DNA from: Felis catus
Lineage: Eukaryota
Length of the DNA: 64,000 bases
NCBI RefSeq assembly: GCF_018350175.1
Contig: NC_058368.1
Coordinates: 163,682,001-163,746,000 of the forward strand
Reading direction: 5' to 3'
Shown: positions 37,085-50,600 of the stretch, in pieces
How the letters are laid out: each line of letters starts with the position of its first letter
How positions within the stretch are numbered: position 1 is the first letter of the stretch
The notes under the pieces: model-generated
The model's database searches: none
What the model was told of the DNA's origin: nothing
Seen by the model: the letters and a program-made list of their open reading frames with translations, nothing else
Position numbers and translations under genes: made by a program

Positions 37085-37625
37085 AAATGCTCGTTTGTTA
37101 CTTCATTCATTCATTCACTTGCTCAATAGTATTTTATTGAGCACATACTATGGTCTAGACTATTCTAAGTACCAGAATATAGCAGCAAAAACCCCAAGTC
37201 TGTGCCCTTATAGAGCTTACATTACATTAATGAGACACAATTTAGAAATAAGTACTTACATGTCAGATAGTAACAACCATTGTGGAGACAGAACAGGAGA
37301 AGGAGTTAGGATGGGCCAGGTTGGTGGTAGAGTCTTGCTATTTCACAGACACTGATTCAGAAAGACCTATCTAAGATGTTGACTTTTGAGAAGAGGTCTG
37401 AAGGAAATGGGGAAGCTACCATGCAAGTATTTGATGCAAGAATCTACCAGGCACAGGAAATAAGTGCAGGTGTTCCAAGGTGGGAGCATGTTTGACATAT
37501 TTGGAGACCAGTGACAAAGCTACTATGTCTGGAGTGGTGTTGGCAAGAGAGAATGGTAGGATGAGAGGTGAGCGAGTTGGCAATAGGGGAAGATGGGGAG
37601 GAGAGATGTGTAAGTTGATTTGTGA
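37085..37625 (-). mobile_element. L2 3' region
   Basis: 'cattcattcattcac...tttattgagcacatacta...ataagtgcagg...aaggtgggagcatgtttgacatatttg'. Confidence 0.8.
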
Positions 37626-38011
37626 TTCCTTTTGATGGCACTCAGATCTTGCCTCAGGCTCCTCCTTGGCTAGCCCTTGGTCCCTTGTTGGTTCCAAGTC
37701 CCTGCCCTCTTATTTGCCTCCCACACTGATCTGAACACCAGATTTGGCTGAATCTTCATTCTTGTGCTTCTGTCTTTGTACTTATGTGGTCACACTGTCT
37801 ATTTAGGTCCTGACAGTCTTGGTCTGGTGCCTTCGAGGAGCCTGTGCCCTGTTAGTATGTAGAATGTCTCCCTTCATGACTCTGTATGGGCTTAGGTTCC
37901 AGAAATGCCCATTGTCCCTCATGACCTGTAGCTTGTTACACTTTGCTTATTCAGTTGGTTACTAAATTGTCATAGTAGCTTTCCCTCCTTTTAAACAAAT
38001 TTTTAATTTTT

Positions 38012-38218
38012 AGGCATGCCTGGGTGGGGTCATTCAGTTAAGCATCCGACTTTGGCTCAGGTCATGATCTCGCGGTTTGTGAGTTTGAGCCCCATGTAGA
38101 GCTCTGTGCTGACAGCTCAGATCCTAGAGCCTGCTGCAGATTCTGTGTCTCCCTCTCTCTCTGTCCTTCCCCCACTTGCTTGCTGTCTGTTTCCCTCCCC
38201 AAAATAATAAACGTTACA
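38012..38218 (+). mobile_element. CAN-SINE
   Basis: Head, (CT)n and tail. Confidence 0.93.
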
Positions 38219-38220
38219 TT

Positions 38221-38447
38221 TTTTTTTAATTTAAGAAAAATGTTTGTTTATTTTGAGAGAGAAAGAGAGAGAGAGCAAGAGTACACACAGGGGAGAGGTA
38301 GAGAGAGAGGGAGAAAGAGAATCCCAAGCAGGCTCCACTCTGTTAGCACAGAGCCTGATGCAGGACTTGATCCCATGAACCATGAGATCATGATCTGAGC
38401 TGAAATCAAGTGTCAGATGCTTAACAACTGAGCCACCCAGGTGCCCC
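38221..38447 (-). mobile_element. CAN-SINE, antisense, in the tail of the previous SINE
   Basis: Reverse-complement SINE ending ..ccacccaggtgcccc. Confidence 0.95.
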
Positions 38448-38499
38448 AAAATTAAAAAAGATTTTTAATCGCAAATTACAAAGCCCAGTACGACTCCCT

Positions 38500-38972
38500 C
38501 AAATGAAAAGGGAATTTAATTGGCTCACAGGGCAATGCAAGTTTCAGGTGTGTTTGATGCAGGGCTCAAATGACCACACCAGGATCTGCTTGTTCCTCAA
38601 CTCAGCTTACCTCAAAATGGCTTCAGTTTTAGGCTCCACATGGTGGCAAAGTGGCTGCTCCTGATCTAAACATCTCTCTCTCCCTCTCCCCCTCCTCTCT
38701 CCTTCTGCGTCCTTCTTCTTCTCTTCTCTAAGGTGCCTCAGAAAAATTCTCCACAACTCTTACTAGCTCTGATTATCCATTTCTGAAAGGATCACTGGAG
38801 CTGGGGGGAAAATGTGAAGCCCTGTCACATCCCTTTTTTTGAGGCAAAGGTAGGTCATCAAGTCCTTCCAAAGCATGGGGACTGAAAGCGAGGGGGAAGT
38901 GTTTCCCAGAGGAAAAGCAGGGTATAGTCACCAGAAGGAAAGTGAAGTGATTCAGGTGGCAAAACAACTACA
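38500..38972 (-). mobile_element. Old MaLR LTR (MLT1K/L-like)
   Basis: 'aagggaatttaattggctcac', 'cagggctcaaatga', 'gctccacatggtggcaaagtggctgc'. Confidence 0.55.
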
Positions 38973-39116
38973 TGTTCTCTATACCTGCTGCTTATTGGCC
39001 TGCTGTATCACCACCCTCATTTATCTGGAAGTAGGTTCTTCTATTTTAGGCTATGGCCTACATTTTCCACCTGCTTTAGTTTTATTTATGCATCATAGGC
39101 TTCACACATTAGGGCA

Positions 39117-39308
39117 ACTAGTAGTTCACAAATTGGAGTGCCTGGACTACCACCATCAGTATCGCCTGGGAACTCGTTACAGATGCAAAGTCTTGGGCCC
39201 CACTCTAGATCTATGGAATCAGAAACTGTGGGAGTGGGACCAGCAATCTGTGGTTGAGCAAGGCCTCCACGGGCTTCCGATTTTTGCTCAAGTGTGAGAA
39301 CTTCCGCT
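39117..39308. mobile_element. MER5A-like hAT MITE
   Basis: 'gtagttcacaaa...catcagtatcgcctgggaactcgttacagatgcaaa...gaatcagaaact...aagtgtgagaac'. Confidence 0.8.
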
Positions 39309-39660
39309 TGGATCTGTACCTCTGAGTTCTGCTATGTTATATTCTGTTTTAGGACTGTTCTGGTCAAATGATAAGAGGTAAGGCATGACCAGCAACTATT
39401 CATCTTCTAACAAGCAAGCCTAGTGAGTATGTGCATGTGTATGTCCGGTTTCCTTACTGCCCCAGGTCTACATTTCTGTTCATTTCCCCAGACCGTTGGA
39501 CCTGGTGGTGATATTTTTGGCAAGATTCCTTAGTGACGATGGCCAGTAGCTTGATAGATTGTGAGAATAACTCTATCTCTATGATGCCACACTAGATTTG
39601 TAGTATTTTTATTTCCTTAATGACTTTTTCACTAAACTGTATTTTTTGAAGTTTTCTTTA

Positions 39661-39877
39661 AAAAAATTTTTTTTTTAATTTTTAAATTAAAAATATCTTG
39701 AGACAGAGCATGAGCGGAGGAGGAGCAGAAAGAGAGAGGGAGACACAGAACCTGATGCAGGTTCCAGGCTCCGAGCTGTCAGCACAGAGCCTGACGCAGG
39801 GCTCAAACCCATGAACCATGAGAGATCATGAACTGAGCTGAAGTTACGTTTAACTGACTGAGTCACCCAGGTGCTCC
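39661..39877 (-). mobile_element. CAN-SINE
   Basis: TSD tgaagttttct on both sides. Confidence 0.94.
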
Positions 39878-40335
39878 TGAAGTTTTCTCTTTTTTTTAAT
39901 GGTTGTTCTAGAGTTTACCATATGTGTCTTATCAGATCAACTTTAGATCTATACTAGCTCAATTCCAGTGACACAGAGAAATATTTCTCCTATTTGCTCC
40001 ATTCCATTTCCTCTTGTTGTATTATTATTAAGTATGTTATATCTGTTATTACAGAACCGGTGATACTTTACCATCTATGCTACTTTCCTAAGCCCAATAC
40101 AGCTTTGGTCCTATCCACCTCATTTCTGCTGTTCCTGGCAAATATATTACACATATATTACATTTTTATATGTATAGGCTCTACATTATATACATATTAT
40201 TTATGCAATTGCACAAATAAAATTATTAGAAATGAGAAAAATACACACACATAAGTATATTTATATATACTTAATATATATATTTAATAATTATGGAATT
40301 ACCTAATGGTGGTCTTTGTCTTTTGTGTGTGTAGA

Positions 40336-40552
40336 TTTTTTTTTAAATGTTTTTAATGTTTGTTTATTTTTGAGAGAGAGAGAAAGAGACAAGAGTGGGA
40401 GTGGGGGAGGGGCAGAGAGAGAGGGAGACACAGAATCTGAAGCAGGCTCCAGGCTTAGCACAGAGCCTGATGTGGGGTCAAACTCATGAACAGTGAGATC
40501 ATGACCTGAGCTGAAGTTGGACACTTAACTCACTGAGCCACCCAGGTGCCCC
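40336..40552 (-). mobile_element. CAN-SINE
   Basis: Full antisense SINE. Confidence 0.95.
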
Positions 40553-41254
40553 ATGTGTGCATGTATTTGAATTACTGATCTAGGTCACTGACTTTCAACC
40601 TGAAGAACTTTCTTTGGTATTTCTTATAAGGTGGGTCTGCTAGCAATAAAATCTTTCAGTTTTTGTTCTCCTAGGAAAGTATTTTGTCTTCAGTTTTGAA
40701 AAACAGCTTTGCTGGATATAGGGTTCTTGACTGACAGCTATTTTTTTTATTTTCAATTTAAGCCCCTTAAATATATTGTCCCACTACTTTGTGGCTTACA
40801 TTGTTTCTTCTGAAGTCAGCTGTTAACCATAATTGGCTTTACCTTGGACAGTGGTTTTCCTTTTTGCTATTTCCAATTTTTTTTCTTTGTCTTTAACTTT
40901 CAGCATTTTTACTACCACGTGTCTGTTTATGGATGTCATTGCATTTATCCTACTTGAAGTACTTAAAGTACTCCTTCCAAAGTGGGAGTAAATTTGGGAT
41001 ATTTTAAACCATTTTTTTTTTTTACTATTTTTTCTGTTCCTTTTTCCTTCTAGTATTCCCATAGTGCATATATTTGTGCTTTTGATGATGTGCCACATTT
41101 CTCTGAAGGTCTGTTCATTTTTATCCATTCTTTTTTCTTTCTTTTCTTTGACTTCCATACCCTTTGTTGATCTATCTTGAGTTCACTAATTCTCTTTTCT
41201 TTAAGTTCATATCCATTTTTGACTCCCTCTAATGAATTTTTCATTTCAATTATT

Positions 41255-41489
41255 GTTTTTTTAATGTTTTTACTTATTTATTTTTGGGAGAGAGACAGAG
41301 AGCATGCATGCAAGCATGTGAGCAGGGGAGGGGCAGAGAAAGAGAGGGGGACAGAGGATCTGAAGCAGGCTCTGCACTGACAGCAGAGATCCCAATGTGG
41401 GGCTCCAGCTCAAGAATGTGAGATCATTACCTGAGCCCACGTCAGACACTTAACTGGACACTTAACCGACTGAGCCATCAAGGTGCCCC
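41255..41489 (-). mobile_element. CAN-SINE with a small internal duplication (gacacttaac x2)
   Basis: Antisense SINE; flanks ttcatttcaatt / ttcatttaattt. Confidence 0.93.
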
Positions 41490-42914
41490 ATTCATTTAAT
41501 TTATTATATTTCCTAATTCTAGAATTTCCATTTGGTTTTTTATAATACTATCTTTATTGATATTATCTACTGATACAAATTTCCTTTAATTCTCTAACCA
41601 CATTTCCCTTTAGTTCTGTGAATATACTGATCATGGCTATTTTGACATCTTTTTCTATTAAATCCATCATCTAGTTGCTCTTATAGGTGGTTCGTGTTGC
41701 CTGCCTTTCCCCTGTGTATGGTCACGCTTTCCTTTTTCTTTGCCTGTCTCCTAAATGGGAGGATGCCAGAAATTTTAGATAATATGTTGTAGAACTCTGG
41801 GTACAGCTCCCACCTGAAGGCTTGTTATTCTTACTTGCTTGTTTATTTTTTAGTGACTGGCTACTATTATTGTAGTAAAGTGATTTTCCTCCCCACAATT
41901 GTTAAGCCTCTGATGTTGCTTGTTTGGGAGGTGCAGCTTTGGGTATGCCCACAGTGACCCTGAGATGACCGTGGTATTGGTAGGGATTTCTAGATAGGGA
42001 GAGTCTTTCCCTAACCTAGCTGTTGAACACTAATTGCCTGATGATTGTTCTACTGTTTTCAACAAGAACCTCAGGTCTTAATTGCTCTACAAAGTAATCC
42101 AATCAAATTGTGGCTCCTTTGATGAAATAGTTCCTGAAGTCTTTGCTTGGTATTTGTTTTGACTCCAGAGGGCTCCTCCCTGCTCTCTTATTCCCTGGTT
42201 CTGTCCTATAAACTAGCTGGCCTACAGTCTAGGCTGTAGCTTCATGTAATCTACAAATTGCCTCAATTGCTTTAAACTGCAACTTCCATTGTTCTTGAGA
42301 GAGCTTTAGATTTGAATTTTCCATGCTCCATTGCAGATGAAGTCAATTCCTTTGGAAAAAGATGAGCTGTTTTACAGTGCTTCTTTTTCCAGACAAAAAT
42401 CTATAAAGCAGGACTCTAGAACATAGAGACGGTATTCTGTGGTATTCTTGGCTTGCCTCTTGTGTTGTGGAGCACTGCCTCATGACCCGAGGCAGGGGCA
42501 ACCAGGACTGCCTTGCTCTTGGCCTACTGTACCCAAGATGGAGCCTCTACTCCCGAGAGCACTCCCAGTGGTGAGGTGGAAGAAAGGAGACTCCACCTCC
42601 TGATGGTACCCACCTGATACTTAGTCTCAGCATCAGGTAGATGGGGCAGGATGAGAAATGCCGAAGTCCTGTTTTTCCAGGGAAGGAAGTCCTCTGACTG
42701 GGAGCTGGGAGAAGAGGGAGCCCTGTGCTATATATAGGCTGTGGCGATGTGGAACCCAGTCTTTGCCTCACTGAGTTGAGGGTGGGAGGGAGGGAGAGAG
42801 GGATCTTGGTCCAGTTCCACAGAGTCTCACCTTTCTACCAAATTTTCAGATTCTCTTAAATAGACATTTTATTTTCTATTTGCTCTTAGGACCATTTCCA
42901 GAAGCTTTAAATGA

Positions 42915-43496
42915 TTTTTTTTTTATATATGAAATTTATTGTCAAATTGGTTTCCATACAACACCCAGTGCTCATCCCAAAAGGTGCCCTCCTCAATACC
43001 CATCACCCACCCTCCCCTCCCTCCCACCCCCCATCAACCCTCAGTTTGTTCTCAGTTTTTAACAGTCTCTTATGCTTTGGCTCTCTCCCACTCTAACCTC
43101 TTTTTTTTTTTTTTCCTTCCCCTCCCCCAAGGGTTCCTGTTAAGTTTCTCAGGGTCCACATAAGAGTGAAACCATATGGTATCTGTCTTTCTCTGTATGG
43201 CTTATTTCACTTAGCATCACACTCTCCAGTTCCATCCACGTTGCTACAAAAGGCCATATTTCATTTTTTCTCATTGCCACGTAGTATTCCATTGTGTATA
43301 TAAACCACAATTTCTTTATCCATTCATCAGTTGATGGACATTTAGGCTCTTTCCATAATTTGGCTATCGTTGAGAGTGCTGCTATGAACATTGGGGTACA
43401 AGTGGCCCTATGCATCAGTACTCCTGTATCCCTTGGATAAATTCCTAGCAGTGCTATTGCTGGGTCATAGGGTAGGTCTATTTTTAATTTTTTTTT
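42915..43496 (-). mobile_element. 5'-truncated young felid L1 (ORF2 C-terminus + 3'UTR)
   Basis: Uninterrupted ORF2 tail [52 protein letters not shown] in ORF 43149-43520; truncated at a T-run. Confidence 0.96.
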
Positions 43497-45439
43497 TTTA
43501 ATAATTTTCACCAGTTTCACTGGTGTGTGGGTCAGCAGACTCCTCGCTCGGCTGTGCCAGAATTCAGTCTCCCTATGCCAGATTTGAATTGATGCCAGTT
43601 GTTTTCTAAATCATGCCTACGGTTAATTGTGCACTCTGGACCCCATGGAGTCTGTCTGGGTACAGCCAGGATAGTCCCCTGATTTCCAGGGCCAGATGCT
43701 TGGCCTCATGCCAGGCCTGACATGACCTGATAGTTCTGACCTCCCCACGAGTTCCATATTGCTGGGAATGTTTTCCAATGTCATGAGCCCCATGGCAGGA
43801 GCTGTGACAGGAAATGGTGCCAGGAGAAAGAAGAAGGAGCATGAAAGCCACTGCCTTTTTCAGTTTTGTCCAGCGTCGGCCCAAACCTTGTCATCTAAAG
43901 TCACGATGCCACCTCTCCTGTGTGTGTGCTGACTTCTTATGAGCGCTTGTTTTCCTGTTCTTAGTTTCCAGTAGCTACGAAGAATTCTCTGTTCTTTTGG
44001 TTAGTTTTTTAAAAACCGCTATTTGGACATACCAGCCTAGGATTGCAGCTCTTGTAGAAAGATGTGGGTCATGAGCATCTCAGAGGTACAGCCTTCAGAA
44101 CGCCTTGGCTCGTGTCATAGGCCTAAGGGAATAGTCATTTGCTCATGAAATTGGAGGTTGCCACTGTGCATTTATTCAGCCAACATAAAGTGGACAACTA
44201 CAGAGCCCCAGACACTCTGCTAGGACTGAGGACAGTGGAGAAATGGCCACAGTTTCTTCAAGGAGTTTACAGTCTAGGGGAGTAAACAAAAATAAGGTTG
44301 CAATTTTAAGGTCATAGACATTGTGACAGAAGAGGGAGAGCACAGGTTGTCTGTTCCAGCCTCTGTTCCCTGAACCTGGCATCCAGAAGGTAATGCCGAG
44401 GATCTTTTGTAGGGGATGGGAGGGAGGTGGTGTCTAGATGCTTGTCTTCTCGGCTCTCTTTAAAGGTGAGAAGAGAAGTGAAAGTATATAAGAATGTGTC
44501 CAGGTCTGCTTGCTTTCTTTATGATTTTTAAATAAAGGCAGAAAAGGAGACAAAAGGTTTCTGTCATCACCAGGGCACGCTGGGGTGCTGGCAGTGTGAC
44601 AGTCACCTCGCAAGGGAGTCTGTAGTCCAGAACGATGTTCTCCTTGGCAATGTCCAGGTGAGGAGGTAAGAACCTTTGCACAGGCTCCACCTGGCAGGAT
44701 GGGGGTGACTGAAGTCTGAGAAGGGCTTGCTGTTTGAGAAGTTTGAATGCCACGACCCTTTGTGTTGTGAAGAGAGGATGATTCCCTGCCTTGGAAGGAT
44801 TGGAAGGAGACTGAACTGGCCTCACAACAGGAAGACAGTCTCCTCACAGGGCTGAAATGCCTGATGTTATCTTACTGGAAGGAAGGAAACAGTATACTTC
44901 CCTCTGTAATGGACCTAGGATTTACTCTTTACCCCAGCAAGCATTATATGGCATTAAATTTGAGCAGCCACAGCATGGAGCTGGAGAGGAGGGGTCAACT
45001 CTGCAGCTTTATTTAGAAAGGGGGGAGAAATCCCAATCATCATAAAGCAGATGAGAAGCAAGTCCTCACAAGTTAACAGAGGCAGGGAGAATGCGGGTCT
45101 GTCTGGGCGTTCACGAAATAGGGTCACGAGCACACCTCGGCATCTGGGGAAGAGAAGGGCAGGGAGTAGGGCTGTGGATGGCGTTTCTCAACCTTTTCTC
45201 CCCTGACTTCCGCGTGCTTTAAGAGGACATCTAAGGTTAAGTCAGGCACACTTCACGCAGTCGATTTGTCACAGCAGGCTCACAGTTGATTGTACAATGT
45301 ACACAGTTAGAGATTCCTGTGGTTTCCAGACCTGGTGGTCAGCTTTCTGAGGGGGTAAGAGACAGGCCCCCCTCATTACTTATCTCAGCTTTCGAAATAA
45401 GCTCGTAAGTGTTCTCCCTCCCTTTAGTCTCATTGCTGA

Positions 45440-46005
45440 GCCCTCTCCTCCACATTATCACCAGAATAATCTTTCAGGAGTGCAAATTGCCTAGGTTCTT
45501 CCCTACTCAAAGCTCAGTGCCTGTAGAATAAAGCTCCTTACAGAGGAAATAATTTTCTCCTTGACCTGGCTTCTACCTGGCTTCCTGACTACTAGCCGGG
45601 GGCCATCCCTTTCATGCTCACACATTTAATGTTCGGGCAAAGGCAAAGTATGTGCACATGGCCCCCTACTTCATGCACCTTTCCCTTTGCTTGTATTTTT
45701 CTTTTTGCTTGGAATACCTACTTTTTAATCCCCCTCCCCTCCCCTCCTTTTTTTTTTTTTTTTTTGCTAGACTCTCTTAGGAAAACTTCTCATCCATTTC
45801 AGACTACGTTAGATGTTGTTCTTCTGAGGAGACTGCACTTACCACTAATCTTTCACTCACCATATTGTATTATGTGTGTACTTCTCTCTCTCACTTATCT
45901 GTGAGCTCTTCCTGGCCATGTCTTATTTATATTTGTATCAACCAGGGTGGAGCATAATGCCTGGGACATAGTTGACACTCTAAAAATACTTCGTTACATA
46001 AATGA
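45440..46005 (+). mobile_element. L2 3' region relic
   Basis: 'ctccacattatcaccagaataatcttt', 'tgtgagctctt...tgtcttattt..tgtatc...cataatgcctgggacatagttgacactctaaaaatact'. Confidence 0.65.
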
Positions 46006-47600
46006 CTCAAAGGATCCTTAACTGCCTCCTGAATAACTAATTCTAGACAGCATCTGTTTGGATTCTGACTGGAGTCTGGAAGCAATAGGTGCCTTCATTT
46101 AACCATTGGACCTAGCAATGTAGCAACCTGCAGCCTGCCAGGATGAATGCACCTGAGAGCCTTAGGAAATCTTGTCACTGTGCATTTTATTATGTGACTA
46201 CAACTTGAGCTGAATAGGGAGAAATGAATCCTGGCCAGCACTGAGCGTCATGCCAGGAATAGAATAGTGGGGCCGTGGCGGTCAGTGAAACTAAAGGTTA
46301 CCATGGTGTCATCAGGGAGAGTTCTCAGACAGTAGCTGCGCTGTATTACCTCATTCCACCCCAGCCACTGCTCCACACCACTGCATACAGAAGCCTTTGG
46401 TTTCGTATCCCTAGAGGAATGCAGCATATTCTTTATCTCCTAAACCAGTCCCTCCGGAAAGCTGCTTACCCTTGAGTCTCTCAGCCGCACAGTGGATGTG
46501 CTCTCAGCCCCTCCTGGGTGCTCAGAAAATGTCATCTGATACAGAGAGCACCAGCCAGGTGACACAACAAGAGCTGAGAGCACCTCAGGTGGTTTTTACC
46601 ATCACATTCCTGATGCAAAGCACACCTGGGGCATCTGACGTACCGCATTGCTTAGTGATGACTTCCTTTCCTTCCTCCAAACTGAGGTTCACCTCACAGA
46701 GTGGTAGGTCAAAGGTGTCAACAGAATAGTAAGCTGTGTTTCCATACAAGTTCATGATGTTGGATATTCCACCTGAGGGGAGGCTGGGAGCCAAATGGGA
46801 CTGCAATGGAGGCGAGAGAATGCCGTGTGCTCCCGAGATGTGACTGTGCCTCCCGCAGATGCAGACAGAACGTCCACCATTTCATCTCCTGCTCAGTGTG
46901 ACATACTTTTTATCTTCCTACAGATGAGGTTCTTGAATACCATGTAATTAAAAAACCCCACCAAAAGCAAACTTTCATTTTGAATGTAAACCTGTGGGAA
47001 CGAAGATGATCTCACAATCTGCAATAAAAAGGTCATCCCTTGATCTTGGCTCTTGCCCAGCTAAGCACATTCAGGATGTCATTGCTGGCAGTGGAAAGCC
47101 TGGAGTGCCTGCAGCCTCCACACTGATTTAGTGAGGGGAGTGACTGAGAGTATTTTTGTCAGAGGAACTGGTTCTCTGCTTAGCCTCAATATTTCATAAA
47201 AAGCTCATTGCAGCAAAATTTTCATTTGGCAGCATCTGCTGGGCTATCATCTTGAGAACTTCACATTACGTAACAGTGACAATTCAAGGTCAAATGAAAG
47301 TCAAATCGACATGAATATTCAATTGTGAAGCTTCTGTCAGTCCTATACATTTTTTAAAAAGATACAATTTTTTTTTTCTGTAAAGATGCAGGCAAAGCAT
47401 GTAATCAGCAATGTTTGTAGGAAAAGTTAGGAATCTTGGAATTGTAGGGCAATAAAAAAGCTTATTTTAAGATATGAAGGATATGGTAGGAAAACCACTA
47501 GAATGAGTATCACAGTTGATTCTCACATAAATCATGCAAACTATAGATCTCAGTTTCCCCAAGTGATAGGTTTTCTGGATGCCATTAGAAAGAATTATGA

Positions 47601-47814
47601 GGGGTGCCTGGGTGGCTCAGTCGGTTGGGCATCCAACTGTGGCTCACTTCATGATCTCATGGTTTGTGAGTTCGAGACCACATCAGGCTCTATGCTGACA
47701 TTTCAGAGCCTGGAGCCTGCCTGAGATTCTGTGTCTCCCTCTCTGTCTGTCCCTCTCCCATTCACACTGTCTCTCCATCTCTCTCAAAAATAAATAAACA
47801 TTAAAAAGGAAAAA
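47601..47814 (+). mobile_element. CAN-SINE
   Basis: TSD agaaagaattatga 47587-47600 / agaaagaattacca 47815-47828. Confidence 0.95.
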
Positions 47815-47828
47815 AGAAAGAATTACCA

Positions 47829-48047
47829 GGAGCACCTGGGTGGCTCAGTCAGTTAAGCAACTGAATTTTGATTTGAGCTCAGATCATGATCTCAGTTTGT
47901 GAGTTCGAACCCTGCATCTGGCTATGTGCCCATAGCGCAGAGCCTGCTTAGGATTCTCTCCCTCTCTCTCTCTGCCCCTCCCGGCTTGTGCTCTCTTTCT
48001 CTCTCTCAAAAATAAATAAACATTTAAAAAAAACTAGAGAGAAAAAC
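47829..48047 (+). mobile_element. CAN-SINE
   Basis: TSD aaagaattacca / aaagaatttcca (48049-48060). Confidence 0.95.
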
Positions 48048-48099
48048 AAAAGAATTTCCAAAATGTTGCAACATACTGGAAACATACTAGGGGGAAAAG

Positions 48100-48101
<2 letters not shown>

Positions 48102-48151
<50 letters not shown>

Positions 48152-48164
48152 TGTGTGTATGTGT
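48102..48164. repeat. (TG)n microsatellite
   Basis: Direct read. Confidence 0.97.
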
Positions 48165-49505
48165 TTGTTTTCTCTGAGCACTTAAATAATAGAATAAGCA
48201 GCAGTTTATTAAGTGAATAGACCAAGTGGAATGGAAATCACAATGAGACTTACCAGGTTGGGAAACCAGCCTGTAGTGTGGAGGGACAAGAGAAATTTGC
48301 CCTATTTGCATTTCCAGTGGAGAACACAGGATGCTGTGGCAATAAAGGGCCGTTACTAGAACTATTTCAGAAGTTACAATATTGCATGTGGCCTGAGTAA
48401 CATACTGGCCAGAAAGCAGGATGTCAAGTGCACTGTGTGCCTTAATCAGTGGCCAACCCTGAAATGACTGAGAAACATTTACTTCTAAGCAGTCTTGGAA
48501 AGTTAGGTATTCTGTTTGAGGATAATGTAAGCATTTGTTTCTGGAATGCTGCCCAGTAACCCAGAACACACAAAAAGGTCTTAGGGTAATTCGATCAGTG
48601 TTTCTGTAAAGAACACCAAAGCCACAGATTCTGTTACTGGCAAGACAGAAAATGCATTATAAGGGAAGACAGCATGTTTCATGGGATGATGGCTTGGCCT
48701 GGAGGGGCTGCAGAGAGTTAACTGACAGCAATTAGGAGCAGTGATTAATGCTAACCTAAACTTCTGGGAACCTGCCTCAGCAGGGCTGTGCCCTGTGTGT
48801 TGGTGTTTGCAACATTGTTCCTTGTTTTCCCTCTAAAAGCCTGATGCAGTTTTGGTTGAGGTTCTTATTCTTCTCTACTGCACCCCCGCCCCCTGCTTTT
48901 TTTTTGAGCACTGATTCAAAAAGATATTCTTAGAAACCCTCTTTTCCCCACTGGGTCATCTCACAGGGTATCCACAGTTGCATTTCTAGAGGTATATTCA
49001 CCTGTCTGGCATTACTGTTTTGAAGTATTTACAGAATTTGTGGTGGTCATAATTCCTCTTCCGTGAACTGGTCTGTTTTTCAGCTTCTTGAATGTAATAC
49101 TGGTAACCACTGTGGAAATGACTGGTCAGTACCTATGTGGCCATGGGATTTGCCATCCTGGGGATGGGGTGGCATGTAAGGTTAAAGCTTTGTTTACGTT
49201 GGTAATATCGGGTGGCTTTCAGTGGGGGATATTGCTGGAGAAGTAGGGAGCAGTTTTCTGATTGGCAGGACCTGATACCCATTGGGCCACATTTAGTGAC
49301 AGGCTTCAGTTTCAGTGAGAGAGAGACTAAGAGACTAAGAAGGACCTCTCTTAGTTCCAATATCTTAAGCTGAACTGTATTATTTAGGTTGGATGGGCAG
49401 TGAAGGCCTGGGGGAGAGAATAGGAGTCTCCTACTTGACCTCAGTCTAGGCCTTTTTTCTTTGGATGCCATTGTTGCTGTAGAGAAATTGGGTCATTCTG
49501 TAGTT

Positions 49506-49697
49506 CAGGGGTTGGCACACTGTGACTCACAAGCAAAATCTGTTCTGTTGCCTGTTGTTATAAATAAAGGTTTATTGGAACACAGTCTATTTCTATGTCA
49601 TCTATGGATGCCTTTATACTGAAAGCACAAAGTTGAATATTTGCAACAGAGACTGTTGGACCTGCAGAATCTAAAACTATCATTATTTGGTCCTATA
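49506..49697. mobile_element. MER58A-like hAT MITE followed by (CAAA)n (49698-49730)
   Basis: 'caggggttggcacact...ataaataaaggtttattggaacacag...gcaacagagac..ctaaaa'. Confidence 0.8.
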
Positions 49698-49739
49698 CAA
49701 ACAAACAAACAAACAAACAAACAAACAAACTTTATTTAA

Positions 49740-50380
49740 TTCTGTAGTTCTTTGCAGGTAATGTGGTCTTTGGTGTTCTGAAGTGTTGCTAAACTGGGTT
49801 TAGGTGTAAGTTTTTTCAAAAGGTTTTCCTGCTCCGGATTTGTTGTTCTTTCACTGATTCTTTGCCGTAAACTCTTTAAATAATGGCTCTTCCCCATCTC
49901 TTCTCTGCTCTTGAAACTGTGGTTAGATTTATGTGTTAATCTTTCATTCTTTTCTCCATTTATCTTAACTCTCTCTCTTATTTTCCATCTCTCAGGGTCT
50001 CCATGCTGCATCCTGGGTAGTCCTCCAGATCTCTGAATCACTGTTTCTTCAGTTGTGTTGAATTGCATGTTAAAACCCATCATTGAAATTTTAATTTCAT
50101 TATTTTCCTTTTCATATTTGGAAGGTTCTTTTTCAAATATGGCTGGACATCTTATTCATATTTCAAACCTATTTTATTTCTTTAAACACATATTAAGCAT
50201 AGTTACCTCAAATTCTGTACTACTAATTCTAGTGTTTGAAGCTATTGTAGATCCCGTTTTGGTTGTTTTCTCCTCAGTAGCTCTCAAGATGCTTAGTTAC
50301 TTGTGAGTTTTGCCATTGTTTCTAATGGTGAGCTCAGGGTTTTGCATCTTTTTTATGGAAATTCTTTGAGCATTTTAATT
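49740..50380 (-). mobile_element. Ancient L1 fragment (ORF1 region)
   Basis: Antisense L1-like: 'gtctttggtgttctgaagt', 'ccatgctgcatcctgggtag', 'ttgaaattttaatttca'. Confidence 0.55.
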
Positions 50381-50600
50381 TGTGGTTCAGAGTACATAGC
50401 CTACCATACGGCGGGTTGGGGAAGGTTGTCCTAAACCATGTTATCCACAGCAGCTATATTAGAGATCTCCAAGTGTTAGAGATTATTGAGAATGTGCCTG
50501 ACCCATTAATAAAGCTAATCCTTTTATGTAAACTGCCTACCATTTCCTAGAATCTCTTCTTGCTTTTGATTTAATTCTTGAAGAGAAGAAAGTGAATCTT

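Larger units (their letters stand above)
39550..42910 (-). mobile_element. Ancient L1 5' half (5'UTR + ORF1 + inter-ORF region), decayed
   Basis: ORF1-like translations 40823-41244 (KNEQTFREMWHIIKSTNICTMGILEG; MKNSLEGVKN...KRISEL); the host appears to resume at ~43497. Confidence 0.78.

Noticed and set aside
38875..39297. 140-aa ORF
   Set aside because: Runs across MLT1 and MER5A relics; no recognisable domain.
44434..44847. Overlapping 137-aa and 121-aa minus-strand ORFs, and a possible + strand exon (cag|...|gtgag near 44574-44658)
   Set aside because: No recognisable protein similarity and no partner exons; splice-like motifs occur by chance. RNA-seq or conservation data would be needed.
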